Numbered from the stretch's first letter, positions 8,704 to 16,126 are shown. The stretch: DNA of 16,581 nucleotides from Coleofasciculus chthonoplastes F2-STO-03 (GCA_040222015.1 JAVJWO010000129.1:1-16581), one strand, 5' to 3'. Notes: generated from the sequence alone by a model not told the origin. Made by a program: numbers and translations.

Positions 8704-8783
8704 TTAGTCATTCGTTATTCGTCATTCGTCATTCGTCATTCGTCATTTGTTATACTCGCTTCTCTCCAAGCCAGCACTGAGTC
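8704..8783 (+). repeat. STRR-like heptamer array (TTCGTCA)x7 plus ~30-bp conserved tail
   Basis: ttagtca ttcgtta (ttcgtca)x4 tttgtta at 8704-8752, followed by ACTCGCTTCTCTCCAAGCCAGCACTGAGTC. Confidence 0.85.
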
Positions 8784-8809
8784 AAATTCATAATTTATAA
8801 TTTATAAAT

Positions 8810-9952
8810 TCATGAAACATAACCTTCCACAACATAATCTGATCCAAGCTGACGCCAACTGACTCGTTCGAGAGTTAGGGCGTCTGTCATCCTTGCTAGT
8901 CCTAAATCCCCAACCGGTGAGGGCGCTGTTATACCGCCAACAATTTTCGGAGCAATAAATGCCAGTACTTTTTGGACGGTGCCATCCGCGATCGCTCTGG
9001 CTGCCAAGGTGCCACCACATTCCCATAACACCGTTGAAAGCTGTCGGTCGTACAGATACGCCATTGCCTTAGCGGGTGTCAGAGGCGTCATTTCAATCAC
9101 TTCTACTCCCTTGTTCACTAGCTGGTGCTGTAAATCCGGATTGGCTCCGATCTCGGTCAAAACTAACGTGGGAGCATCATCGGTTTCCCATAAACGGGCA
9201 TCGATGGGCAAGTCTAGGGTGCGACTCATGACCACTCGCAACGGATTGTGGGTATCGGTATCGTGACTGGTGAGATGAGGGTTATCCAGGCGCACAGTAT
9301 TACCGCCCACAATAACGGCATCACAAGCCGTCCGCAGTTGATGCACATACCGCCGCGCCTCTTGACCCGTCACCCAAGCACTGTGACCACTGGCGGTGGC
9401 AATTTTGCCGTCTAGTGTCATAGCATATTTCAACATTCCCCAGGGACGCTTGTGCAGGATGCGATGAATAAAGGCTTCATTAAGCTGACGACAAGCCTCC
9501 GTTTCCACACCCACGACAACCTCAATCCCAGCCTTTGTGATCCGCTCAATCCCACCCCCTGCCACCAGAGGATTGGGATCAACCATACCGACGACAACCT
9601 TGGCGACTCCTGCGGCAATTAAGGCTTCTGTGCAGGGGGGCGTTCGTCCATAGTGATTACAAGGCTCTAAGTTGACATAAATAGTCGCTCCCTGAGACTT
9701 GTCACCCGCTTGACGGAGAGCAAAAATTTCTGCGTGGGGTTGACCTGCGCCGGGATGAAATCCCTCTCCTACGATCGCTCCATCCCGGACAATGACGGCA
9801 CCCACTAAAGGATTGGGGCTAGTTCGTCCGAGGGCACGGCGGGCTAGTTCGATGCACTGTTGGATCATCGTGCGATCAAATGGCGTCCAATGAGGAGACG
9901 CCGATGACACCGATTGAGTATCAGGTTGGGCGTCAACGGGAGAGTGTTCCAT
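8810..9952 (-). CDS. ribD: Bifunctional riboflavin biosynthesis deaminase/reductase RibD
   Basis: TSPNPLVGAVIV, HAE, LEPCNHYGRTPPC zinc motif, KYAMTLDGKIA and ECGGTLA. Confidence 0.97.
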   Translation of the reverse strand: MEHSPVDAQPDTQSVSSASPHWTPFDRTMIQQCIELARRALGRTSPNPLVGAVIVRDGAIVGEGFHPGAGQPHAEIFALRQAGDKSQGATIYVNLEPCNHYGRTPPCTEALIAAGVAKVVVGMVDPNPLVAGGGIERITKAGIEVVVGVETEACRQLNEAFIHRILHKRPWGMLKYAMTLDGKIATASGHSAWVTGQEARRYVHQLRTACDAVIVGGNTVRLDNPHLTSHDTDTHNPLRVVMSRTLDLPIDARLWETDDAPTLVLTEIGANPDLQHQLVNKGVEVIEMTPLTPAKAMAYLYDRQLSTVLWECGGTLAARAIADGTVQKVLAFIAPKIVGGITAPSPVGDLGLARMTDALTLERVSWRQLGSDYVVEGYVS

Positions 9953-10032
9953 TGGTCTGCTATCTTTCTGGTTATTCTTGAGTGTAGAATATACTCCCCC
10001 CGGATCACGGATTCAGGAATGTCTTTTCTGGC

Positions 10033-11052
10033 TTATCGTCGATATTCGTCGCCACAATCGCCGATGATTTGATCCAAATCATAAGACTTGACCAATACCG
10101 CTTCAATCTTCTCCTTATCCTGGGCATCGAGAGTCATGGTAAATACTCTGGCATTATCGTCTATATGTTCCGATATGCCTAACCTCGCACCAACAATCAC
10201 ACCAGCTACGGCTGGCTGATCGAGGATATACCGCACGGCTACGTTGGGGATACTCACATTATGGTGAGTCGCTATGTCCTGGAGTACGGTTAGCAATTCT
10301 TGAAATAAACTCCAACCGCCCCAAGCATTGATCATGTTCTTGTATTTTCTCAAGCTAGCCGTAGACAGTTGTGCCCCACCCGGTTCAGGTTTTCCTAAAT
10401 ACTTTTCTGATAACAAGCCGCCGCAGACTGTACCATAGGTGAAAAGTTTAATCTCATGGTCTTGACAAAACGGTGCCATGTTGACTTGAGGACGGCGGTC
10501 AATCAGGGAATACTGGACTTGATTGGAGAGGATGTTGATCCCGGCGTCGATGATAATTTTTAGGTGTTCGGTATCAAAGTTGGTTAACGCCAGGTGCTTG
10601 ATTTTCCCTGACCTTTGCAGTTGTGCCATCTGCTTGAGGGCGTCCAGATAGTTGCGATCGCGGTAGTCCCACCAGTGGAATTGCAACAAGTCTAGGCAAT
10701 CCATTCCCATCCGTTGGCGAGAGCGATCGATATTTTTCTCTACCCATTGTCGAGTCATCCGACCCGGGCGGGGTACCCATTTGGTAAAGGCTTGGATGTT
10801 TGCTAACGCCTCCTCACCGCGAGTCGCCACCAGTTGACGCCTAAATTCGCCAATAAAATCTTCAGCCGGTCCGTAATGATCAGCCAGATCCCAAGTGGTA
10901 AAGCCAGCATCTAGATAATCAAACATACTGGGGATGGCTTTTTGGGGATCAATGCGTCCATGAGCGCCAGATACTTGCCATAAGCCATTTAGGATGCGAC
11001 AGATGTTTAAATCTGGGGCTAATTGCAATCGGCTTGATTCAGGTAAAGTCAT
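10033..11052 (-). CDS. Aldo/keto reductase family protein
   Basis: GLWQVSG, DLADHYG, FTK, LDLLQFHWWD, GKIKHLALTN and NQVQYSLIDRR. Start placed at ATG 11052 because the extension to 11112 is an octamer repeat. Confidence 0.92.
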   Translation of the reverse strand: MTLPESSRLQLAPDLNICRILNGLWQVSGAHGRIDPQKAIPSMFDYLDAGFTTWDLADHYGPAEDFIGEFRRQLVATRGEEALANIQAFTKWVPRPGRMTRQWVEKNIDRSRQRMGMDCLDLLQFHWWDYRDRNYLDALKQMAQLQRSGKIKHLALTNFDTEHLKIIIDAGINILSNQVQYSLIDRRPQVNMAPFCQDHEIKLFTYGTVCGGLLSEKYLGKPEPGGAQLSTASLRKYKNMINAWGGWSLFQELLTVLQDIATHHNVSIPNVAVRYILDQPAVAGVIVGARLGISEHIDDNARVFTMTLDAQDKEKIEAVLVKSYDLDQIIGDCGDEYRR

Positions 11053-11060
11053 GGGGAGGA

Positions 11061-11100
11061 GGGTAGAGGGGTAGAAGGGTAAAAGGGTAGAAGCGGTAAT
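11061..11100 (+). repeat. Octamer tandem repeat GGGTAGAA x5 (degenerate)
   Basis: gggtagag gggtagaa gggtaaaa gggtagaa gcggtaat. Confidence 0.8.
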
Positions 11101-11249
11101 GCTTCCTTCCAAATAACTACGGCTATGATAGGCGCACTATACAGCCGAACCTAATATTACAGGCTACTTTATTAAGTGCCACCGTCGCTTATTTTCCCAA
11201 AAACAGAGGTCGCCGATCAAGTTTGAATTAGATGCATAACCGTTTAGTT

Positions 11250-11266
11250 GAGGGGTCTCACCCCTA
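11250..11266. promoter_or_regulatory. HetR-box-like palindrome 1
   Basis: GAGGGGTCTCACCCCTA, a perfect AGGGGT-N3-ACCCCT inverted repeat. 15/17 to the hetP-promoter HetR site GAGGGGTCTAACCCCTC as I recall it. Confidence 0.7.
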
Positions 11267-11304
11267 TTTACGTTGCAGAATTTACCAATTAATCTTGAAT
11301 AAGA

Positions 11305-11355
11305 GAAAAACAAGAGCCATAAGTGGCTCTCTCGATTATCAGGGTGCATCTACAT
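11305..11355 (-). ncRNA. Putative small RNA copy A (~50 nt)
   Basis: -10 CATACT (11361-11366), then ATGTAGATGCACCCTGATAATCG, hairpin AGAGCCA-CTTA-TGGCTCT and a T-tract. 28 bp identical to copy B. Confidence 0.65.
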
Positions 11356-11379
11356 AACACAGTATGGAATTTGGGGGGT

Positions 11380-11396
11380 GAGGGGTGTTACCCCCT
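11380..11396. promoter_or_regulatory. HetR-box-like palindrome 2, over the -35 region of sRNA copy A
   Basis: GAGGGGTGTTACCCCCT, centre 11388, about 33 nt upstream of the predicted TSS. Confidence 0.65.
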
Positions 11397-11434
11397 ATTT
11401 AGATCAATCTTGGCAGCTACCTTGATCCAGACCA

Positions 11435-11494
11435 AATAAAAAAGGAGAGCCCTAAAATTAGGCGACTCTCCCGATCATCAGGGTGCATCTACAT
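11435..11494 (-). ncRNA. Putative small RNA copy B (~60 nt)
   Basis: Extended -10 TGCTATACT (hexamer 11500-11505), then ATGTAGATGCACCCTGATGATCG, hairpin GGAGAG..CCTAA-TT-TTAGG..CTCTCC and TTTTTTATTT. Confidence 0.7.
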
Positions 11495-11518
11495 AACACA
11501 GTATAGCACTGTGGGGGT

Positions 11519-11535
11519 GGGGGGTGTCACCCCCT
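11519..11535. promoter_or_regulatory. HetR-box-like palindrome 3, over the -35 region of sRNA copy B
   Basis: GGGGGT-GTC-ACCCCC, centre 11527. Contains GTGACA on the minus strand. Confidence 0.65.
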
Positions 11536-11588
11536 ATTTTATTTTTTTTGCTGAAGTTCTAGTCCCTGTTGCCCGTTCCCCGTTCCCT

Positions 11589-12482
11589 TTAATGGTATTT
11601 GAGTGTCTTTTTCACCAAGTCGGGAATTTTGGAAGGGTACTCAGCGACAGGTATATTTGCCTGTTTGAACGCCGCCACCTTATGTTGAGCTGTTGTCGTA
11701 TTTGCGATCGGTCCGGATAGTTGAGCCGCGATAATGGCGCTGGTATCCCCGACTTGTTTGTCTTCAGGGGTATATTGTCCAGCAACATAAGCAATAACGG
11801 GTTTCTCTATGGCTTGGGCAATAAACTCTGCGGTTTCATCTTCACTATCGCCCCCCGTCTGATCCACTAAGACAATCGCTTCTGTCCGTTTATCCTGGGC
11901 TAGAATCTCCAGCCACTGACGAAATGACGAGGCGATAATGGCTTCACTACCGAGATTCACAGCAATGGATTGTCCAAGTTTAGCTTGGGTTAACCCTAAA
12001 GCCACTTCATAAGTGAGAGTACTGACTCGGCTAATCACACCAATTGTACCGGGCGTATAAAATTCACACTCCTGAGTCCCCAGTAACAGTTTTCCTGGCA
12101 CAATAATCCCAGAACTACTCGGTCCAACAATCAGGGTTTCCCTGGCTTTGGCTTTGGCTAGCAAGTGAATCATATCTAGAGGTGGAATACCACCCGTCAC
12201 TAGAATAATGGGTGACAAGCCAGAATCTATCGCTTCTAACGCTGCATCCAAGGCGCTGTAGGATTCGGCAAAAATAACCGTGGCGTCGCAATATCCAACT
12301 TCGGATAACGCCTCTTCTACCAGGTCAAAGACGGGAATCCCATGCAACGTCTGTCCTCCCTGACCTGCACTAACCCCAGCCACTAGATTTGTGCCATAAG
12401 CTTTCATTCGGGCGGCATAATAGGAACCGATGGGTTGGGTGATGCCCTGAACCAGGATTTTCATGTCTGGTGTGAATTTCAT
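11589..12482 (-). CDS. sucD: Succinyl-CoA synthetase alpha subunit homolog (divergent; catalytic His absent)
   Basis: KILVQGIT, YGTNLVAGVS, PVFD.V.EA, GTIGVISR..TLTYE, GQS.AV and KPVIAYVAG. Follows sucC. Start placed at ATG 12482. Confidence 0.9.
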   Translation of the reverse strand: MKFTPDMKILVQGITQPIGSYYAARMKAYGTNLVAGVSAGQGGQTLHGIPVFDLVEEALSEVGYCDATVIFAESYSALDAALEAIDSGLSPIILVTGGIPPLDMIHLLAKAKARETLIVGPSSSGIIVPGKLLLGTQECEFYTPGTIGVISRVSTLTYEVALGLTQAKLGQSIAVNLGSEAIIASSFRQWLEILAQDKRTEAIVLVDQTGGDSEDETAEFIAQAIEKPVIAYVAGQYTPEDKQVGDTSAIIAAQLSGPIANTTTAQHKVAAFKQANIPVAEYPSKIPDLVKKTLKYH

Positions 12483-12570
12483 AGGCGTTGGATGCAGCAA
12501 TGTAGTAGATGCGATCAACAATATCAGTAAAGGTTTGGCGCAAGGGGTAACTATAGGATACCGATAAGTA

Positions 12571-12627
12571 CTGGTTATTCGTCATTTGTCATTCGTCACA
12601 CTCACTTCTCTCCCAGCCAACTAAGTC
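12571..12627 (+). repeat. STRR-like heptamers (x4) plus the same conserved tail as 8704-8783
   Basis: ctggtta ttcgtca tttgtca ttcgtca, then CACTCACTTCTCTCCCAGCCAACTAAGTC. Confidence 0.75.
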
Positions 12628-12662
12628 TTATGTTGCACAATGATCGCATTCCCAATTCAGTC

Positions 12663-12722
12663 AGGGTGGGTTGAGTCACATCGGGGCGGGAAAAAACGAT
12701 AATAGTGAAACCCGCCCCTACA
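12663..12722. repeat. GTAG-type REP-like long hairpin between sucC and sucD
   Basis: AGGGTGGGTT / GGGGCGGG ... AAACCCGCCCCTACA (reverse complement TGTAGGGGCGGGTTT). Confidence 0.7.
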
Positions 12723-12736
12723 CACTCACAACTCTT

Positions 12737-13990
12737 TCAACTTGCCAGAGAAATCGCTTGTGCCACTGCCTGATCCAAGTTACCCATCCAGTGTACAGGG
12801 AGTGCCGCTAAACGGTCTTGGATAGTGTCTATTTTGCCGTTAGCTAAGCGAATGACTAGGTGAGGTAACTCTGTCCTAGATAAAGATTTCGGAGTGAGAT
12901 GGCGGCGGCGACGATTGCGTGAGTCACGGGAGTGCAATTTTCCTGTCGTTGGTGTTTTGGCGGGATCTACTGCACTGACTCCGGAGTTATTTTCATCTTT
13001 CGATAGTAGATAACTGGCAATTACCTCAGCCACGGCTTCACTAGCTGCTTCGTTGCTCAAAATATTCACTAAGACAACTTGGATGTTTTGAGTGTCCGTC
13101 AATTGCTGCAAGGCATTTTGTAACTGTTGGACTGGAGAGGCGGCGGACGGTACATCCCAACTGGCATAACCGTCTACAATTAAACAGTTTGCTGGCTTAC
13201 CTTTGGCTTTGTACACTAAATCCAATGTGGCGGCAGCAAGACAAGGACTATTACACAGAATACCAATATTTCCTTGACTATCCGTCCATTGCAGATCCGT
13301 TGGTTGGTCAGTGGGTTGGGGGGTGTGGGTGAGGCTTGATGCCAGGTTTGCCAACTCTGATTGGCGTCCCAAAGCGTGATCATTGACCGCAATTTTGCCA
13401 TCTAGCGCCATGACTTCACCGCTAGCACTGACGCCGAGGGGATTAATTTCCACTAAATCCAGGTCTTTTTGGATCAGAAGTTGATACATTTTCTGGACAA
13501 TATCGCTGACTGATTCAATCAGATGACCTTGCAGTCCCATTTTGAAGGCTAGACGTCGGGCGTAAAAGGGAGAGAAGTCTTCCTCGACGACGACTCGCTG
13601 CATCTGTGCCATGACGTTTTCCACATGGATACCACCTTGACATGAACCCAACAGAACGGGGCGTCTTAAGGTGTAGTCGAGGATAACCGCTAGATAGAAT
13701 TCTTGTTCAGCATCATAATGGGATTCCGCTAGCAGCACGTTGGGATATTTACCGAGAATGGATAGATTAAAAATAGCCCGTGCGGTGGCGATCGCGTCAA
13801 TTGTATTTTCCACTGTCCGGATACCACCGGCTCTACCCCGCCCGCCTTTGGGGACTTGGGATTTGAGAACCACGGGATAGGGAATGTCTAACTGCTTGAG
13901 ATCTCTGGGATGATCGATGCATTGAGAGGGCAAGACGGGAATGCCGATCTCGCGGAATAAGGCTTTGGCTTGGTATTCTAGTAAGTCCAT
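12737..13990 (-). CDS. sucC: Succinyl-CoA synthetase beta subunit homolog (ATP-grasp intact, C-terminal domain divergent)
   Basis: MDLLEYQAK.LF, VLKSQV..GGRGRAGG, EFYL, GG...E, EINPL, ALDGKI and GNIG. Confidence 0.92.
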   Translation of the reverse strand: MDLLEYQAKALFREIGIPVLPSQCIDHPRDLKQLDIPYPVVLKSQVPKGGRGRAGGIRTVENTIDAIATARAIFNLSILGKYPNVLLAESHYDAEQEFYLAVILDYTLRRPVLLGSCQGGIHVENVMAQMQRVVVEEDFSPFYARRLAFKMGLQGHLIESVSDIVQKMYQLLIQKDLDLVEINPLGVSASGEVMALDGKIAVNDHALGRQSELANLASSLTHTPQPTDQPTDLQWTDSQGNIGILCNSPCLAAATLDLVYKAKGKPANCLIVDGYASWDVPSAASPVQQLQNALQQLTDTQNIQVVLVNILSNEAASEAVAEVIASYLLSKDENNSGVSAVDPAKTPTTGKLHSRDSRNRRRRHLTPKSLSRTELPHLVIRLANGKIDTIQDRLAALPVHWMGNLDQAVAQAISLAS

Positions 13991-14281
13991 GAATTTAGAT
14001 GTTCAGCTAAGGGGATCTTCTTAAAGGGTAAGAACTCTTAGCCTTTAACGTTACAAAAACCTGACTCTAACAGCCACTCATTCACCCTGATGGTTGCTCA
14101 ATCTACCTGAAGTGATTGAGATTGCCAATTAATATGATAAAGTGTTCCTATCAGTTTTGCTCAACGAATCCCCCTGTAGGGTAGCGTAAAAATGGGCAGT
14201 CGGGCATCGCCGATGAAAATGCAATTGGTATAATTTTACTCAACTACTGCTTCTTCGATTTCCTAATTCATACTTCATACT

Positions 14282-14977
14282 GTGTTCCCCATTAGTGATG
14301 ATAATCCGACGCGCATTACTCCTTATGTAACCTACGCGCTCATTGGTGTTAATATTGCGGTTTTTATCCATCAATTACTCTTAGCACCGCCCCAGCTTAA
14401 TTCATTTTTTCATCTGTATGCAGTTGTCCCCAAAGAGTTAAGCGCTAGCTTTCAGGGAATTCCGGTCAATCAACCCGTGCCCGAATGGTTTACCTTGATC
14501 AGTTCTCAGTTTCTCCATGGGGGGTTTTTGCATATTGGCGGAAATATGTTGTTTTTATGGATTTTTGGCAACAATATTGAAGACCGCCTGGGTCATATCA
14601 AATATTTTATATTTTACATTGCTTGTGGTATACTTGCCGCTCTGTCTCAGTGGTTTTTCTCCATGGAATCCGGGATTCCATCCCTAGGAGCGAGTGGTGC
14701 GATCGCGGGAGTTATGGGTGCTTATATTCTCAGGTTTCCTAGGGCTCAAATCAATACCTTAATCTTTTTAGGGTATTTCGTGACCACCATTCGATTACCT
14801 GCTGTTTTATACTTAGGATTATGGTTTGTCCAACAAGCGTTTAGTGGCGTGGCGAGTATCAGCGTGCAAACGGATTTGGGGACTGAAACCGGAGGAATTG
14901 CGTATTGGGCGCATGCAGGCGGTTTTGTGTTCGGAGCCATCCTGGGTCCTTTATTTGGATTATTGTCTGAAGATTAA
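14282..14977 (+). CDS. Rhomboid family intramembrane serine protease (copy 1)
   Basis: GTG start, FPISDDNP, FLHGGFLHIGGNMLFLWIFG, GASGAIAG catalytic Ser and WAHAGG catalytic His. Confidence 0.95.
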   Translation: MFPISDDNPTRITPYVTYALIGVNIAVFIHQLLLAPPQLNSFFHLYAVVPKELSASFQGIPVNQPVPEWFTLISSQFLHGGFLHIGGNMLFLWIFGNNIEDRLGHIKYFIFYIACGILAALSQWFFSMESGIPSLGASGAIAGVMGAYILRFPRAQINTLIFLGYFVTTIRLPAVLYLGLWFVQQAFSGVASISVQTDLGTETGGIAYWAHAGGFVFGAILGPLFGLLSED

Positions 14978-15097
14978 AGGATTTTGTCATTTGTCATTTG
15001 TAATGGGTTGAGGATTAGTGATAGAAGTTAATGAATTTGGATTTATTCCCACCCACCTACTTAAATAATTGTTGATTGTCAATAAGGAAATAGACTT

Positions 15098-15829
15098 ATG
15101 GTTCCATTACGTGATGAAAATCCAGTTAAGATTACACCATATATCACATATATCCTAATTGCGGCAAATGTCCTAATTTTTATTTTTGAGCTAACTTTAA
15201 GCCCTCAACAACTGGATGTATTCTTCCATCTATTTGCCGTTGTTCCGAAAGAACTTACAGCCAGTTTGAACGGAATTACGGTAAATCAGCCGATACCTGA
15301 ACCGCTAACGTTAATCACTGCACAGTTCCTTCATGCGGGGTTTACCCATGTGGGATTTAATATGTTATTTCTCTGGATTTTTGGCAATAATATTGAAGAA
15401 GAACTGGGTCGGTTCAAGTTTCTGATATTTTATCTAACCTGTGGCGTATTAGCCAGTTTAACCCAGTGGTTTTTCTCCGCCCAATCGGGGATTCCGTCTC
15501 TGGGTGCCAGTGGTGCGATCGCGGGCGTGATGGGTGCTTATATTCTTAAGTTTCCCAATGCTAAAGTGGTTACATTAATTCCCCTAGGCTTCTTTTTTAC
15601 TACGCTAAGATTACCATCTGTCTTCTTCCTCGGATTTTGGTTCTTACAGCAAGCTTTTAATGGATTAGCCATGTTAGAAGCCCCAGCAAATGTGGGGATG
15701 GAAAATGGAGGTATCGCTTACTGGGCGCACGCTGGCGGGTTTGTCTTTGGTGCTGTCCTCGGTCCTTTGTTAGGATTATTTTCTGATGATACAAAATCAT
15801 CATTTGGGGATTCCCAAAATCTTTCTTGA
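15098..15829 (+). CDS. Rhomboid family intramembrane serine protease (copy 2)
   Basis: VPLRDENP, FLHAGFTHVGFNMLFLWIFG, GASGAIAG and WAHAGG. AAGGA SD upstream. Confidence 0.95.
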   Translation: MVPLRDENPVKITPYITYILIAANVLIFIFELTLSPQQLDVFFHLFAVVPKELTASLNGITVNQPIPEPLTLITAQFLHAGFTHVGFNMLFLWIFGNNIEEELGRFKFLIFYLTCGVLASLTQWFFSAQSGIPSLGASGAIAGVMGAYILKFPNAKVVTLIPLGFFFTTLRLPSVFFLGFWFLQQAFNGLAMLEAPANVGMENGGIAYWAHAGGFVFGAVLGPLLGLFSDDTKSSFGDSQNLS

Positions 15830-15907
15830 ACGTTGAAATAAGTAAGATTAAATAACGGAAATAGTAGCGAATTCCGGGAAAATGAAAGAGAGTTAGTCGC
15901 TGAATTA

Positions 15908-15957
15908 AGCCCTCAACTAAAGTTGGGGCTAAAAGCTTAAACCCGTTTAAACGGGTT
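15908..15957. repeat. Two adjacent palindromes downstream of rhomboid 2
   Basis: AGCCCTCAACT-AA-AGTTGGGGCT (15908-15930) and the perfect 18-bp palindrome AACCCGTTTAAACGGGTT (15940-15957). Confidence 0.75.
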
Positions 15958-15990
15958 GAATGATTTACCCGGTAAGCGTGTTACCGAGCG

Positions 15991-16050
15991 AAGCCGAAGT
16001 AAGCCGAAGTAAGCCGAAGTAAGTCTAGGTAAGTCTAGGTAAGTCTAGGT
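15991..16050 (+). repeat. Composite 10-bp tandem repeat
   Basis: (AAGCCGAAGT)x3 immediately followed by (AAGTCTAGGT)x3. Confidence 0.95.
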
Positions 16051-16126
16051 GTTCCCTAATCTCAACCGTTAACTTTAATTGTGTCCACCTACTTAGCCGA
16101 GTACCCGATCTGAGAATAAGCATATT

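Larger units (their letters stand above)
2126..15522. repeat. HIP1 octamer GCGATCGC, dispersed (at least 15 copies)
   Basis: Copies seen at about 2126, 3725, 5402, 6673, 6777, 7185, 7527, 7786, 8192, 8430, 8988, 10654, 13788, 14699 and 15515. None in 1-1080. Confidence 0.9.

Noticed and set aside
5085..9618. ORFs 5085-5327, 6752-6952, 7137-7475, 8043-8297, 8802-9026, 8979-9266 and 9430-9618
   Set aside because: Overlap well-supported CDSs in antisense or alternate frames; no family features.
9953..10032. FMN riboswitch upstream of ribD
   Set aside because: Only 80 bp of intergenic sequence and no RFN consensus motifs seen.
11250..11540. Repeat units as a CRISPR array
   Set aside because: The 130-139 bp period is too long, only two full copies exist, each unit has its own promoter and terminator, and there are no cas genes.
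10574..15011. ORFs 10574-10780, 11511-11720, 11612-11794, 12370-12585, 13216-13401, 14746-14940 and 14826-15011
   Set aside because: Alternate-frame or antisense overlaps of AKR, sucD, sucC or rhomboid genes.
15991..16050. 10-bp repeats as CRISPR or plasmid iterons
   Set aside because: No spacers and no rep gene; the surrounding genes look chromosomal.
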